Assembly: GCA_000091205.1 (NCBI GenBank)
Contig: AP006491.2
From: Cyanidioschyzon merolae
Lineage: Eukaryota
Reading direction: 5' to 3' (one strand)
Length of the DNA: 64,000 nt
Part shown: piece by piece, positions 34,097-46,155 of the stretch
Position numbering within the stretch: position 1 is the first letter of the stretch
How the letters are laid out: each line of letters begins with the position of its first letter
The notes under the pieces: generated by a model
The model's input: only the letters and a program-made list of their open reading frames with translations
Told to the model about the DNA's origin: nothing
The model's database searches: none
Made by a program: the position numbers and the translations under genes

Positions 34097-35556
34097 TGGG
34101 GGTGCTTGCTCGTTTGAAAAATCGCACGCAGTGCGCAAAATGGACACAGTTAGTTGCAGCGTTGCCCGGCAGCTGCCGCGCACTGCGGTGTTTCCCATGA
34201 GTACACTGCAGAGCTGTCGTGTACGCGAGTTGACCGCTTATCCTTTTTTTGAGTCCAGCCCGCATTTATTGCTTTGTAAGGGCTTTGACCAGGGCGGCTT
34301 GACAAGGATCGCGCTCTAGGATTGCATCCGTCCAAGAAGCTTTGTGATTCCGCCTAGTAAGGCGATAGGCTATTAGCTAGCGGTGTTCTGTTTCCGTGGT
34401 GACCATGCAGCGCAAACGCAGAATTCGGGCAGTAAGAGACTCTGACGGACGGTATGGAGAGCAGAACAAGTTGCTACATCACAGGGGCACTTGGTCTGAT
34501 GATGTGTAAAAAGTTATCGGGTGATATGGGCAATTAAAAGTTTTCGGACCCAGTGAAACCCTATGTTTTGATGCCTCTTCACCATGCGTGCATCGCATAA
34601 TCTTGGTTGCGATAAAGCCGTTCGGCATCGACTGGTGTCGGGCCTGAATTTTGAAGGTTCTCAAGTGAAACGAGCACGCCTGTGGGAATGTTGGAGGCCC
34701 ATTCGGCACGGAGCTCCCGGTCGAGGAGGATACGCTGCGAGGTGAAGGGCAACATGTAAGCCTGCTGTTCAGCACTCTGGATGCACGCATCGGGACTCCG
34801 CCATTGTCATGAATCGGAGTGAAGGCACAGGATGAAAAGGAGGCAGTTTTATGGACGAAATGCCCCGATGGCCTCTCCAGCAGTTCCTCGTACCTGCTGT
34901 GTCGAAGCTAACGTGGTCTATGCGTTCCACGAGACGCTCTGCAGATTAAGTTGGATCTCGTTCCTGGGTCGACATTTTCGATGACGCGCATTCCGAAGCT
35001 TCACTGGATACTTGCTGCTCACGCGACCGCGCCTCTGTGAAGTCTCGTGCTTATAGTTTGGGATGCACACTCCAATCAAATCCGGGTTCGGCAAGCAGTA
35101 CTTGTGTCATGCGAATCACGGTTGAGAATGTATGGAAACCGCTTCATGTGTTGATAAAAAGGTAAACAATGTCGAATGCACAAGCACTACCGAAAGCGCC
35201 GGACTTGAATACTATTCGGAAAGGTCTCTGACGTCTGGGCTTTTGTGGAGAATCGGTTTTCGAAGCGTGTCGATGGATTCTAGTCGGAAACGCAAGCAGC
35301 GCGCGTCGCTTCAATGCGCTCTACATATGTTTTTTCAATTTTGTGCAGCACAGCGTTTGACTCGTCATGACCCGCGTAATAACAGGACATGTCATAGAAA
35401 CGCAATCAAGTTGAAGACGCGCGGTCAGTGCTTTTGCTGGGATGTACCTCTATGATCATGTGTGTTACGAAGCGCATGCATGTGCTGGCTTCTGCAAAAC
35501 TCGGCTGCGCCCATGTCAGAATAGAATAGATTCGATACTTGATAATTGCGTACACA

Positions 35557-36730
35557 TTAAAGATTGGCGTCCTGCCCACAGTTATTAATACCAGTTTTTC
35601 GGGCTATTTCCGCGACTGATTGCTTCTCCTCTCGAAATCTAAGGTTTTCAGTATGCTTTTCTGCCCTGTCCCTTCGGCTCCGTCGTCGGCAGTCGAACGA
35701 TATGGATGGATGCGTGAAAGCACCGATTGGGCGCTTCGCAGCTGTTGTCAGTGAAGTCGTGGTCAGATTGTAGTTGCGATCTATGCTCAACATGCGATTT
35801 CCATCATCTTACCACATAGCATCGGTGCGCGTCTCGCAGATGTGGTCCTTCACTGCGCTCAGGCGCTCGCATATGTCCAGGACACCTCCCGCTCGGTACG
35901 CTTCTCTGTTGAGCGTGAACGTTTTCATCAGCGCACTGTACATGTCCGTGACCGGTACAGAAGGCTCTGCTGGATGCGCTCATATATTCCCGCGCCAGGT
36001 GTCTCGCCGCACGATCACAGTCTCCTTCAGGGCTATCTCGTCCGCGAGGACTATGTGTTGTGCAGGCGCAAGCGCACACTGTTCCATTCGATGGCGGCTT
36101 TCTGGAACGCGGTGATGTCGGCCTTGATATGAGAACCAGAATGAAAATCCAGTGTCGAGTAAAGGCTGAGAAATTCGGACAAGTGAACGGCCTCTTTGTG
36201 CGAAATGGTGACACACCCTCCATCGGAGGCGATCGATGCGAGGACTGAATTCCGAGTCCAAGGACCCCCTTCCTTACAAACTGAAGAGACGGGAGCGCCC
36301 GGAAGCGCGTCCCGTGAGCCATTCCGTGCTGCTGCTGTCGAGTGTCGACGCGTCGATAGCCACCAAGAGGGAGGGGTGGATCGTACGAACGGAGTGGGTT
36401 CTAGTTTGACCTGACGACTTCGTTGAAGTTTCGGAGTGTGCTTGAGAGCAAGTCGTCACGGGTCGATGTCGAGCTTTTCTTCTTGTGAGTGTTGCTGCGC
36501 GAGGTGCAGCGCACACGAGCTGCGCTCATGTAGAAAGATCGATAATTTGTAGAATGGGCGATTTGAGCATTCTCCACGGAAGGAAAGGGGAAAGTGGAGG
36601 CTTCCTGACATAGATTGGGTAATTATTTTTGTTCACCACAGACCCTATTTCAACACAGCCTTGGATCAGTTTGATTCCGATGGCGATCACGATCTCCAGC
36701 GGAAAAGCATCGAGGGATCATACCCGAAGA
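35557..36730 (-). repeat. Family-A related mosaic repeat, copy A4 (M1 module plus the left part of A, inverted)
   Basis: 35580-36300 is nearly identical to 14660-15392. 36300-36730 is the reverse complement of the A1 left part (about 5560-6110) and ends with a diverged A left terminus. Its terminus points toward the RPLP1 gene. Confidence 0.8.
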
Positions 36731-37016
36731 GATGCAAAACATTCTTAAACTATTCATGAATCCGCAAACCCGTATTGCTGCACTTGGCATTTCGTGGCTA
36801 TACATCTAGAAAAAGAGCGGCGAAAGAATGGTTGAGCAGGATCACAGCGAGCACCTCCGTCCTCCAAATTGAACAGACATTGGTGGCGGAGTGTCACGTG
36901 ACATCTCTCGTGCGGATCGCCGATCGCGCCGCGCTGATGCCGCGGCGTTTTCGTTGCGATGTTGGCGTCCAGCACTCTGTGCGCCTTGGAGCAGAGTTTG
37001 AGCAGGAACTACACAG

Positions 37017-37370
37017 ATGGACTCACTGGAGACGACACAGCTTGCTCTTGCATATGCAGCCTTGTTATTGCACGACGCTGAAGCGGAAGTCAGCGCGGAT
37101 AATCTGAAGGCTGTCATCACAGCTGCCGGAATGGATTTGGAAAACTTTTGGTATGGAATGTTTGCACGAGCAATGAAAGGCGCAGATTTGGAAGGAATAA
37201 TCGGTTCCTTAGGTAGCGCCCCAACTGTCGTTGCGGTGCCGGCAGGTGCCGTCCCTCAGGGCAGTGCGGCGGGAGCGTCAACGGGAGCGGCAGCGGCCGC
37301 CGCCGAGGAAAAGAAGGAGGAGGCGAAAGAGGAAAGTGACGAAGATCTCGGATTCGGCCTTTTTGACTAG
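37017..37370 (+). CDS. RPLP1: 60S acidic ribosomal stalk protein P1
   Basis: 'MDSLETTQLALAYAALLLHDAEAEVSADNLKAVITAAGMDLENFWYGMFARAMKGADLEGIIGSLGS...AAAAAAEEKKEEAKEESDEDLGFGLFD'. The canonical P-protein C-terminus 'EESD(E/D)D(L/M)GFGLFD' is present. 117 aa with no intron. Confidence 0.9.
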   Translation: MDSLETTQLALAYAALLLHDAEAEVSADNLKAVITAAGMDLENFWYGMFARAMKGADLEGIIGSLGSAPTVVAVPAGAVPQGSAAGASTGAAAAAAEEKKEEAKEESDEDLGFGLFD

Positions 37371-37801
37371 AGCAAGGCTCAAGTGATGTATTCTTAGAAA
37401 TTAATGACTCGTGGCGATCTCGCTGTTGATTTAGGGTGCTTGTATGAAACCTCCTGAGGGAGTACGCGGCAGAGCGTTCAGCGCTGTGAATCGACAGTGC
37501 TCGTGGATCCATGTGCCGCATTTCTGAGCAGAGTCCTGAAGTGCCGCGTCCACGTCGACAGCTAGAAATGTCGGCGCATCCACTGGCGGCTTTTGAATGT
37601 GGTCGTATGGGAAACATTCGTTGCCGGGGGTCATCATCGGCGCAGAGGATCGCATCCTCGTGATGGGATGAAGATGAGAGAGACGTATTTCTGGTCCACC
37701 TCTCCACATCAAACCTACCCAATTCACATGGTGGGCTGGAAGCGCATTCATCGCGCTCCGCACGAACTACCATTCTCTCACGCGCCTAAACCTTGCCAAA
37801 G

Positions 37802-38980
37802 TCAATCAATTCCGAAAAATTCGCGAGAAAGCCACCCCGATATCCGACACGCAGTCTGCTGAACTGCGCATTCTGCAGGAGCTGCCCAGTCGCAAACGTA
37901 TGCAGCGCAATTTAAACACATCCAGACTGCTATGCAGAGCTTTGGAATTTCCCAGTCCGTCACGGTTATACTCAGTGATATCAAATAACATAGCACCATT
38001 CTCGTTCCCCAGTTGCACAGGGGAAACGTTCTCATTGTATCTAAATATAGACGCCGCACCAGCCATTCTAGAATGCTGCCTGGATGATACCAGTGCCCTG
38101 CTTCCGTCGAGAGTCCAATGTCCTCACTCCTGGAAACTGATTTTCTCAATCGAAACGCCTCAGACATTCAGCGCAATGTCCAAAAAAGTGCTAACCGTTT
38201 CCACGGAAGCTTCACTCGAAACAGACCCGCTACGCGCCCCCGAAGCACGAGACAGTTCCGGATGTCGATCAAGGCGTTCAAGGGTCGCCGCAGAAAGTGC
38301 TTGCGCGCGTGACTGCTTTCAAAAGCACTCCGTAGATAGCACCTCGCTTTCGATTGCCTCCTCATCTGACATTCGATGAACGTACCGTTCACCATCTCGT
38401 GCATGCGGCTCTGGTTCACGCTCTTCTTCTCTCTCGGTTTCAGCGTGCATCCGTGGCCCTGATGCGTGGACAACGTGCTCGGCTCATCGATGGGCATCTC
38501 GGGGCATCCATGCCTGCTCTCGGTGTATGCTCTAGTAGATAGATCGCACAAGGCGCAACAAGGACAGACACCACGTTCCGACCATCTTTTAGATACGTCG
38601 TCCGTCGCTGCGAGGTCGAGACCAACGCCACGAGCTCCGACGATCCGAGGCGCCTCTCGTACTCGTTGCGGCGCCTCTTCCACACTCGCTACCAGTTCGA
38701 TGTCCTCCGCCGCTGCCAGGTCGGCGCTGGCCTCCATCGACGTCCGCAGGCCTCCTACACACCAGTCCCTACTGTTTGGGGCCGGTGAACGGAGGGAACA
38801 ACAGGCATGAAGCTCGCAGGACGCGCCTCATGAAGCGCTCGACGGCGCTATGTAGGTGGCCTTGGTTTATGAGGGCGGTTGGAAACTTTCCGGCACCTGA
38901 GCTGAAGATGTTTCAAGATCGCCGACGAGCTTTGGAGACACGTCAAGTTGCTCCGAGAAGTATGTGTGCAAATCTCTGAT
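37802..38980 (-). repeat. Family-A interspersed repeat, partial copy A5 (right half only, inverted)
   Basis: Starts with the shared right terminus at about 37960, 'tatactcagtgatatcaaataacatagcaccattctcgttcc'. It contains the 'MEASADLAAAE...' ORF on the minus strand. Homology with A3 stops at about 38910. Confidence 0.85.
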
Positions 38981-40951
38981 CTGAAGTTCAGGCCATTCTG
39001 TATCTTCTGTCCAGAGCACTAGCTGTGTTCCTGCAAGAGGGTCTGATCGACAAATTCCAGAGGGATGTGGACAGCTCCCAGCCCTGCGTCCGGGACGCCT
39101 ACAAATGATCGGATGAAGAGATGCGCCATTGCATGGGAGTATTTGGGCGGGACTTTCTCGGGTAGAAAGCCGCGCAATCTCTGATCGCGTCCCGCACGTA
39201 ACTACTTCGAAAATTCTACCCATTGATGTGTCTTAGTGACGGAGCCTCGACGATAGTCTCAGACTGATCCTGTCGCTCGCAAGGGATTCCTTCGTGTCCC
39301 TTCTCGTCTTCTTTTCGGGGGGATCTTTCTCGTCCCCCTCCGATGGCTTCTTCCATTTCTCGTTTTTTTGCCTTCTCCTTTACTTGCCAGGCTACTGCAG
39401 ATGTGGTCACTGTTCGCTATATCCGGTGTTCGGCGCGAGACTGCGATGCGCTGAGTGAGGGTTAGCACTGGAAATCGCTTTTTCTATACATTTCCCTATT
39501 ATTCCTGAAGTACCTTTTCTTTAACCTTTTCGTCGAGAGCGCGCTGACAGAACGTAGCCCGCCTTTCCGCTCCCTCCCACGCACGAGAAGACGAATACCA
39601 GTGCAGCCCGGTATGGTGAATTTAGAGACCGACCTGTGGAAGGACGGTGTCACACATGCGAATGATTCGTCTATTGATCCGTGAGCACTGAAAATGTCGT
39701 TGAACAACAGAGCAGACATCCTCGAAGGGACTGAACCTGTTCGAAAAAACTAATACGAAGAGCAATTCGAGGCAAACCTCAGCTGCGTGCTACTTGACCG
39801 CTTTTGAGAGATAAGAATCGACATTGTCGAAGGGCAGGACAGACGACTGTGAAAAGCAGAATCCAAGAGGTGCTTCGAAGAAATATTGTGTTTTCAATAG
39901 TCCTGCCTGTTTTTGGATTTAGAAGCGAATATTCGACTGCATCGCCGTTCGGCCTGAGATCCCCACCATGCTCGCTTATCTTTTGTTTACGAAGAAAAGT
40001 CGCCGTTCTTTGAATACCCCTTTGCAGGTTTATTACTTCCGCGGCATGAAGCCTCACTGAATGAGACGAAAACGTGTCGCTCCTCTATGTAGCTTCCATG
40101 TTTCAGTGCGAGATAAATAAAGTTTGTTAGATATCTTACGACAGTCTCCCATGGAGACGTGCATATTTCTTCGCCCATCCGTGTCTCTTCATCGATGCTC
40201 GTTTCTGCGGAATGGAAACTGCATATCATGCGGCTTCTCTGTTGGTATTCTACAGAGACCACACGGAATGGAATGGATTGACGAACAAGCATTCGAGTAG
40301 ATAGTGTTTGATAACTTCTGTTTTGAGTGCAAGAACTTCAAGATGAACACTTTGAGAAGGATGGTCCGCCCACCTACTGACCGCAATATGACTAAGTTGA
40401 ACAAGCCAGGTCGCTGTTTGTGCGCTATCAGTCACAGCTTAAAGACTTTTCCCGACCTTTCCCCATTCTACAGTACAAAATCTACGTATTGCATACCTGC
40501 GAGAAAAATAAACAAAGACGAAAGTACGCGATTGCATAGAATTTAAAGGATTCACAGCTCAAAGTTGAACGCCAGTGCAACAGCTCCTAGCTCCCGCTGC
40601 CACACGGCTTCTTTGCCACGTAAAAAGTTGCAGCTCACCAGACGGGGTTCACTGCAGTCGCCAACCATTGCTCAACTATACGTTCAACCACGGGCGCTCT
40701 GACGTATGGCGGATCTCAGCAAACAGCACCTTCCAGCCACTGGAAACTACAGTTTTTCAGGCAGCACTGAAAGCTACTGCTGGTGCATCATTGACGTATG
40801 CAGCCTGCCCATTGGGACGACCGTGTCTCGCCTCTGCGACGCTCGCAGATGCCACTGCGCTTCCACGCATTCATCGACGCAGGCAATTCTGGAAGGACCT
40901 GCTTGCAACGAGGACTTGCTTCATCGATAGCTTAGGAGGGAACTCATCACC

Positions 40952-42868
40952 ATGTCTAACCATACGCTTCAGTTTTTGACTACAACGGAGACGAGTTTTG
41001 TAAAGGGTTCGTTTCCTAGAGACGGTCGCGGGCTTCGGCTGCAGCGCCGAGGGCATCGCGCACTCTTGCGCCACCCACTGCAACCAGTCAAGGGCGCCTT
41101 ATTCTTAAAAGCAGAGGGGCTAAGTGAGACGCCCGCGTCCGGGGTGACGAACCATAGAGTCCGTTCCGCTGCGCTGGTCGGCAGTCAACCCGGTGCACCG
41201 GACTGGATCAAGCGTACGGCGGCGAGAGCGATGTTGCGTGCAGTCCGCTTCAAAGACGAGGACTTCTTCAAGCCACTTATTACAGTATCGTGCACATACA
41301 CCAACGCGACGCCATGTAATGACCACATGATAGAGTTGGCGCGCATCATTGCGGACCGTATTGAGAGCCGCGGAGGCAAACCGTTGCTGCACGGCACCCC
41401 GGTGGTCTCCGATGGAGAGACGATGGGCACCCCGGGCATGCGCTACTCTCTCGTTAGCCGCGATCTCATTGCGGACTGTATCGAGTGTCAGCACGAGGCC
41501 TACATGGCAGATGGTTTGATCACACTCGGTGGATGTGACAAGACGATCCCTGGAGCATTAATGCCACTGCTGCGAAATGATTCGATTGGTGTTTTCCTTT
41601 ATGGAGGATCCATTCTACCAGGTGGGCCTGAAAAAAACCTGGACGTCATTTCTGCCTTCGAGGCCATTGGTGCGCGCTCTGCAAACCGTATAACTGATGA
41701 GCAGCTCTTGGAAGTGGAAAAGCATGCCTGCCCCGGAGCTGGGGCGTGTGCCGGCGCATTCACAGCGAACACCATGGCCACGATTGCGGTTGCTCTTGGA
41801 CTAGCCGTGCCATACTCTGCTGGTCATGTGGCAGCGACCTATGAAGGAAGCGTTTCCGATAACAAAAAACAAGATTGCGTCGATACGGTGGATGCGCTCT
41901 TCACGTGTCTGGAGCGAGGTATCACTGCGCGGCAGATTGCAACACGACAAGCGTTTGAGAACGCGATTGTTGTCGCAATGGCCTTGGGTGGCAGCACGAA
42001 TGCCGTGCTTCACGTGCTGGCTCTCGCACATGAAGCGCAAATCCCGCTCACAATTGACGACTTCCATGAGATTGGTTCCAGAGTTCCTCTCCTGGGGCAG
42101 TTTCGACCATTCAGCAAGTATGTTATGGCAGACCTTGATCGAATTGGCGGGGTACCCGTGCTCATGAAACATCTGCTCGCACACGGCTATTTGCATGGCG
42201 AATGCCTGACCTGCACGGGGAAAACACTAGCAGAGAACCTAGCACATGTTCCAAATGATTTGCCGCCAAATCAAGATGTCATACTTCCGGTTACTAGACC
42301 GTACGCTCCTCCTGGACGCCACATCCTCGTTCTGAAAGGCAATTTAGCGCCGGAAGGAGCCGTCATTAAACTTAGCGGGAAGGAAATTCGGCGACACCAA
42401 GGTCCCGCCAGGGTATTCGATTCGGAATCTTCGGCCCTCGACGCTATCCTGGCAGGCCAGATTCGCAAAGGCGATGTTTTGGTTATTCGCTATGAAGGCC
42501 CGGCAGGTGGCCCCGGCTGTCCGGAGATGCTGTCACCGAGCTCAGCGCTCGTCGGCCAGGGCCTGGGCTCAGATGTGGCGCTGGTCACCGACGGCCGCTT
42601 CAGCGGAGGGAGTCACGGGATCATGATCGGACACGTCTGTCCAGAGGCATACGTTGGCGGACCCATCGCCTTGCTCCAGGAGGGCGACCAAGTCGTCATC
42701 GATATTGATGCCCGCTCGATTGATGTAGTCGGCCTCACGTCTACAGAATGGGATCGGCGCCGAGCCAGCTGGAAACGGATTCAGAAGCCGGCCACTGGCC
42801 TGCTCGCTAAGTACCGCTCCCTAGTACAACCAGCCAGCCGTGGAGCAATTACGATCTGTCAGACTTAA
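40952..42868 (+). CDS. ILVD: Dihydroxy-acid dehydratase (IlvD/EDD family) with an N-terminal organellar targeting extension of about 100 aa
   Basis: '[32 protein letters not shown]', '[25 protein letters not shown]', '[26 protein letters not shown]', '[13 protein letters not shown]', '[51 protein letters not shown]'. All conserved IlvD blocks are present in the expected order. Confidence 0.9.
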   Translation: MSNHTLQFLTTTETSFVKGSFPRDGRGLRLQRRGHRALLRHPLQPVKGALFLKAEGLSETPASGVTNHRVRSAALVGSQPGAPDWIKRTAARAMLRAVRFKDEDFFKPLITVSCTYTNATPCNDHMIELARIIADRIESRGGKPLLHGTPVVSDGETMGTPGMRYSLVSRDLIADCIECQHEAYMADGLITLGGCDKTIPGALMPLLRNDSIGVFLYGGSILPGGPEKNLDVISAFEAIGARSANRITDEQLLEVEKHACPGAGACAGAFTANTMATIAVALGLAVPYSAGHVAATYEGSVSDNKKQDCVDTVDALFTCLERGITARQIATRQAFENAIVVAMALGGSTNAVLHVLALAHEAQIPLTIDDFHEIGSRVPLLGQFRPFSKYVMADLDRIGGVPVLMKHLLAHGYLHGECLTCTGKTLAENLAHVPNDLPPNQDVILPVTRPYAPPGRHILVLKGNLAPEGAVIKLSGKEIRRHQGPARVFDSESSALDAILAGQIRKGDVLVIRYEGPAGGPGCPEMLSPSSALVGQGLGSDVALVTDGRFSGGSHGIMIGHVCPEAYVGGPIALLQEGDQVVIDIDARSIDVVGLTSTEWDRRRASWKRIQKPATGLLAKYRSLVQPASRGAITICQT

Positions 42869-43924
42869 AGCATCGGTCAACGGAGGCTTTTCGAAGAAGG
42901 GGCGCAGCAAACGACGGTGACAGCCTGGTAGGAATGCTACGCCGTGTATCCCCAGCTTCCATGTACCCACTCGTCAATCCAAGGCAGGGACCTGCATTTA
43001 GATGCCTGAAGGCTGTCTAATAGCCCGTTCTCAGCTGACGGCAGCAGGATCAGTCCCCCTCGAGGCACAGGAGTCGCTGCCATGGCGATCGGAAACGCCT
43101 GGATGCTCCATTTTTGATACCCTCGTCGGTTTGGGCAGCATTCCCCATGAAAGAGCACTCAATGGTGGTCATACCGTGAGGTCTCCGGTTACTGGAAACG
43201 TCCTATCGATCAAGAAAATTCAATATTGATCATGAAAAGGTGCGCAAAAAACGCATTTCACGCGTGTGCCTCAAAAGCTCTGAAAACGCGGATCGAGTTC
43301 TCGATATAAAACCGTCAACAACATCTGGGTGTTATCCATACGCCGGGTATATCTGGGTTTATAAACCTGCGCTACGATGGTAGGCAGCGTCGTCGAATGA
43401 CTTAGCAACTCCATGCATCCCATTTTCCGGACCTGGCGATGTATGCACAGACTTGGTCATCCGATGACTCACTAGCCAAGTCAGTGCGACACCGTCACTT
43501 CCAAAGAATGCTTCCAGCGCATTCATAAGATGTCCTACAAGATGTTTAGAGATTACTCGTCTCTTTCCGCTTCAGTTGCTTCTTGCTAATGATATCGAAT
43601 TGACACATGAGTTCGCCGGAAAGTATTTGTATGTGCAGTCCCGTGCTGTCTTCCATGCAATCGTATCTGGTGATTGCAGCTGAAGTGGCCTCTGTCCGAG
43701 CCAAAAGACACCGGGCGACTTCACTTTGCACGCAGTCGTGTTAGCGTTCGGAACCTGTTTACCAACAGGCGGGGGAACCCACGTGCGACGCCGTCCGCAT
43801 TCATGAAAACGCTGCCTTGGAATTCTTCCTCTACTAAGAATTTTCCAAGAAACACCTCTTTCCATTCCAGCTTTCAATTTCCAAAGCATTGCGCCCTGGT
43901 TACAATTGTGTTTGTGCTCGCGGG

Positions 43925-45465
43925 GCGAAAAAGATTCGCAATTGTGTGCGGTAAAAGAATATCCACTCGCAGAAGCTTATTATCCTTTTTTGACCCGCCG
44001 CCTGCAATCGGTTCCAGTTGATTCACGCACACTTCGAGTCTCAGCAGTTGCCGCATAGCGTTGGATCGTGTCAGCTGCTCGGGTCTCGTCTTCAGCACAA
44101 CGCATCGTCTGATATTGGTAGCAGCGTTCAAGTCTCGGCTTACGAGCTCCATGCGTTTACTGCCGATCCCTGATCTCATCACACCGAGGGTTCTTAGTAC
44201 TCGTGCCCTCTGTTCCGCTACAGTCTCGTCATCGTTCCACTCGACAAACACCGTCCCTCGCCTATCTCCTTCTTCTCCTTCTTCGCCACTTGCTCTTCTT
44301 CGCTCGATGGTCGGCGAGAGGAGGCATTTTTCGTTCTGGCTGCGACGAATCCAGCAATGACGGAACTCAGGATCCCCGACTTCCACATCCATACCATTCC
44401 CTTGGATTCTCTGTTTCTTCAAAATCATAGCGATTGTTCATTCGTTTAGGTGAGGACCTTCCCGCAAAAGCTAGGACTCGCGAAAGTAAGACACCATGCG
44501 CCCGTGTGTCAACGTGTGCCGGAAGCTTCAGCGATGACCCCACTGGAGCGACATCATACGTTTCACAATGGAAAACATTCTTTTGATGAGGTTGAATCAA
44601 GTAGAGCACAGAGGAATGAAAAGCAGCACTATACCTCGACAGGATCGGCAAAAGCCCGAACGCAAGGGGAATGGTGAAATGCCACGGTGTCCAGCAGAAG
44701 GACGTCGCCCGACGTCGGGGCGAAATCTTCCATGATTCGATCAAGTGGCTGGTGTTGGTCGATGAGCCTTCTCCACTAGTGAATCTGAGGCCGCAAATAA
44801 AGTCCACTCCGTCTGAAGCAGATGATGACATCCTCGCTCTCTTCGAGCTCGATCGTACATCCAGCGGGTGCACTGTCCGCGAATACCCATTTACGCTCCG
44901 GCCGCCTCGTCCGAAGCAAGTTTCATCGACTGAACAAGCAAACCGACGTCCGTGTCCCGGTCCCTGTGCTCCATACGGATAGTGGCGTTCCACGAACGCT
45001 GAAGTAGCTGTGACCTCGGTGGGAAATGGCCGTGCACGAACTGAGACTTTCTTTTTGCGACTGTACCCCGTGTATTCAGGACCACTCGAACACGCTTTTA
45101 AGGAACAGGGACGCGCGTAGCGACTACTATTTTCGCATTTGTCTTTCGTAAAAGGTGTCAACGGGCCGTTTTCTACCGTTGATCGCGCGCATTCTCTGAG
45201 AATATCGATGTTTGACGCAGAGTGCATCTACTTCTTTCGGTCAGTGTTCGTCAACCATCTGAGTACTGTTGTACGACCGACCTGGAGGAGGAACGCAGTC
45301 CTCCATGCACTGTTCTGTAAAGAATATGTATGGTACAGGCGATTCGCCTACGATCTATCGGGTACATGGCATCGTGATTTCGATATCCTGCTATGCACCG
45401 CTGTGTATATGGGGGAGCGGAGTAGGCGAAGTGGAATTGAGTTGAAAGACTTAAAGCGCGCGTAA
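43925..45465 (-). repeat. Family-B repeat, full-length copy B2 (about 1.5 kb); decayed ORF of about 470 codons split by one frameshift
   Basis: About 99% identical to 57850-59400. Minus-strand ORFs of 286 aa (44367..45227) and 184 aa (43874..44428) overlap out of frame. The C-terminal part reads '...VFVEWNDDETVAEQRARVLRTLGVM...SRDLNAATNIRRCVVLKTRPEQLTRSNA...LEPIAGGGSKK'. Confidence 0.8.
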
Positions 45466-45495
45466 CCTCCGCTCGTTCCGATAAATTGTTGAATC

Positions 45496-46155
45496 TTGTG
45501 GTTGGAGGTCTTCCCGATGGACTCAGGCTTGCTTTCTCTAGCAGATAGGACGCTGTTGCAGACCCTTTTCACGAGAGGTTTTCTACAGAGCGAGGAGGCC
45601 CTGACGTATTATCGGAACTTTCTCGAGGTAACGCAAGGCGAGGAGGTGCAGCCCGCGACACCCAACCTCGCGCAGTTCGAGGCACTTGAACCTGATGTGC
45701 TGGTTTCTCGTCTCAACGGACGTCTCAACGGTGCGGACTTTTCTGTACGTTTGGTCTCAGACGATAAAAGTAAGGCATACCTAACCCTTTGCAACACGAG
45801 AGAGGATGCGTCCTGTAGAGAAGCCTGCCTGTACAGTGCACACGCGAGAGCAGTGTTTGAAGGTATTTTAAAAAAAGGTTTCTTGAACCCGCTTTCCCCT
45901 AGTCACCAGGAAGGCAGCATAACATTCTCGGAATGTGTCAGAATAGCAGAACAGTTACCTGAACACGTGCGCATATCAGGGTTTGAGGCGGAACTCCTTC
46001 AGATTCTCGTGGAGGATGGATGGCTGGAGCGGCTACCGGGTGCTCCAGCGAGCAGAAGTAACAACAAGACGGAGGATTCTTTCCGACCTGGCGTGCGAAC
46101 CTATGCAGAGCTGAGAGAAATGGAGCAATGGAGACTCCGAAGGCTTCAAGGATGA
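45496..46155 (+). CDS. Hypothetical protein, possibly Nse1-like (SMC5/6 complex) N-terminal winged-helix region without a RING domain. Tentative.
   Basis: 'DRTLLQTLFTRGFLQSEEALTYYRNFLEV' resembles human NSMCE1 'HRRFLQLLMTHGVLEEWDVKRLQTHCYKV'. 'AELLQILVEDGWLERLPG...YAELREMEQW' resembles 'QVLQKFVQNKWLIEKEGE...AILEMEQY'. The ORF stops at 46155 and no Cys-rich RING follows. Confidence 0.35.
   Translation: MWLEVFPMDSGLLSLADRTLLQTLFTRGFLQSEEALTYYRNFLEVTQGEEVQPATPNLAQFEALEPDVLVSRLNGRLNGADFSVRLVSDDKSKAYLTLCNTREDASCREACLYSAHARAVFEGILKKGFLNPLSPSHQEGSITFSECVRIAEQLPEHVRISGFEAELLQILVEDGWLERLPGAPASRSNNKTEDSFRPGVRTYAELREMEQWRLRRLQG

Noticed and set aside
44090-44230. Family-B conserved core as a Pol III-type SINE head ('atcgtctgatattggtagcagcg' vs a tRNA D-loop 'TTGGTAGAGCG', 'gttcaagtctcgg' vs a B box, and partial resemblance to a 5S 'GATCTCGTCTGATCTCGG')
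   Set aside because: The box-like strings are too close together. No acceptable cloverleaf or 5S structure can be drawn. The element is 1.5 kb, and the same region shows protein-level conservation in the antisense frame. It is noted only as a loose resemblance.
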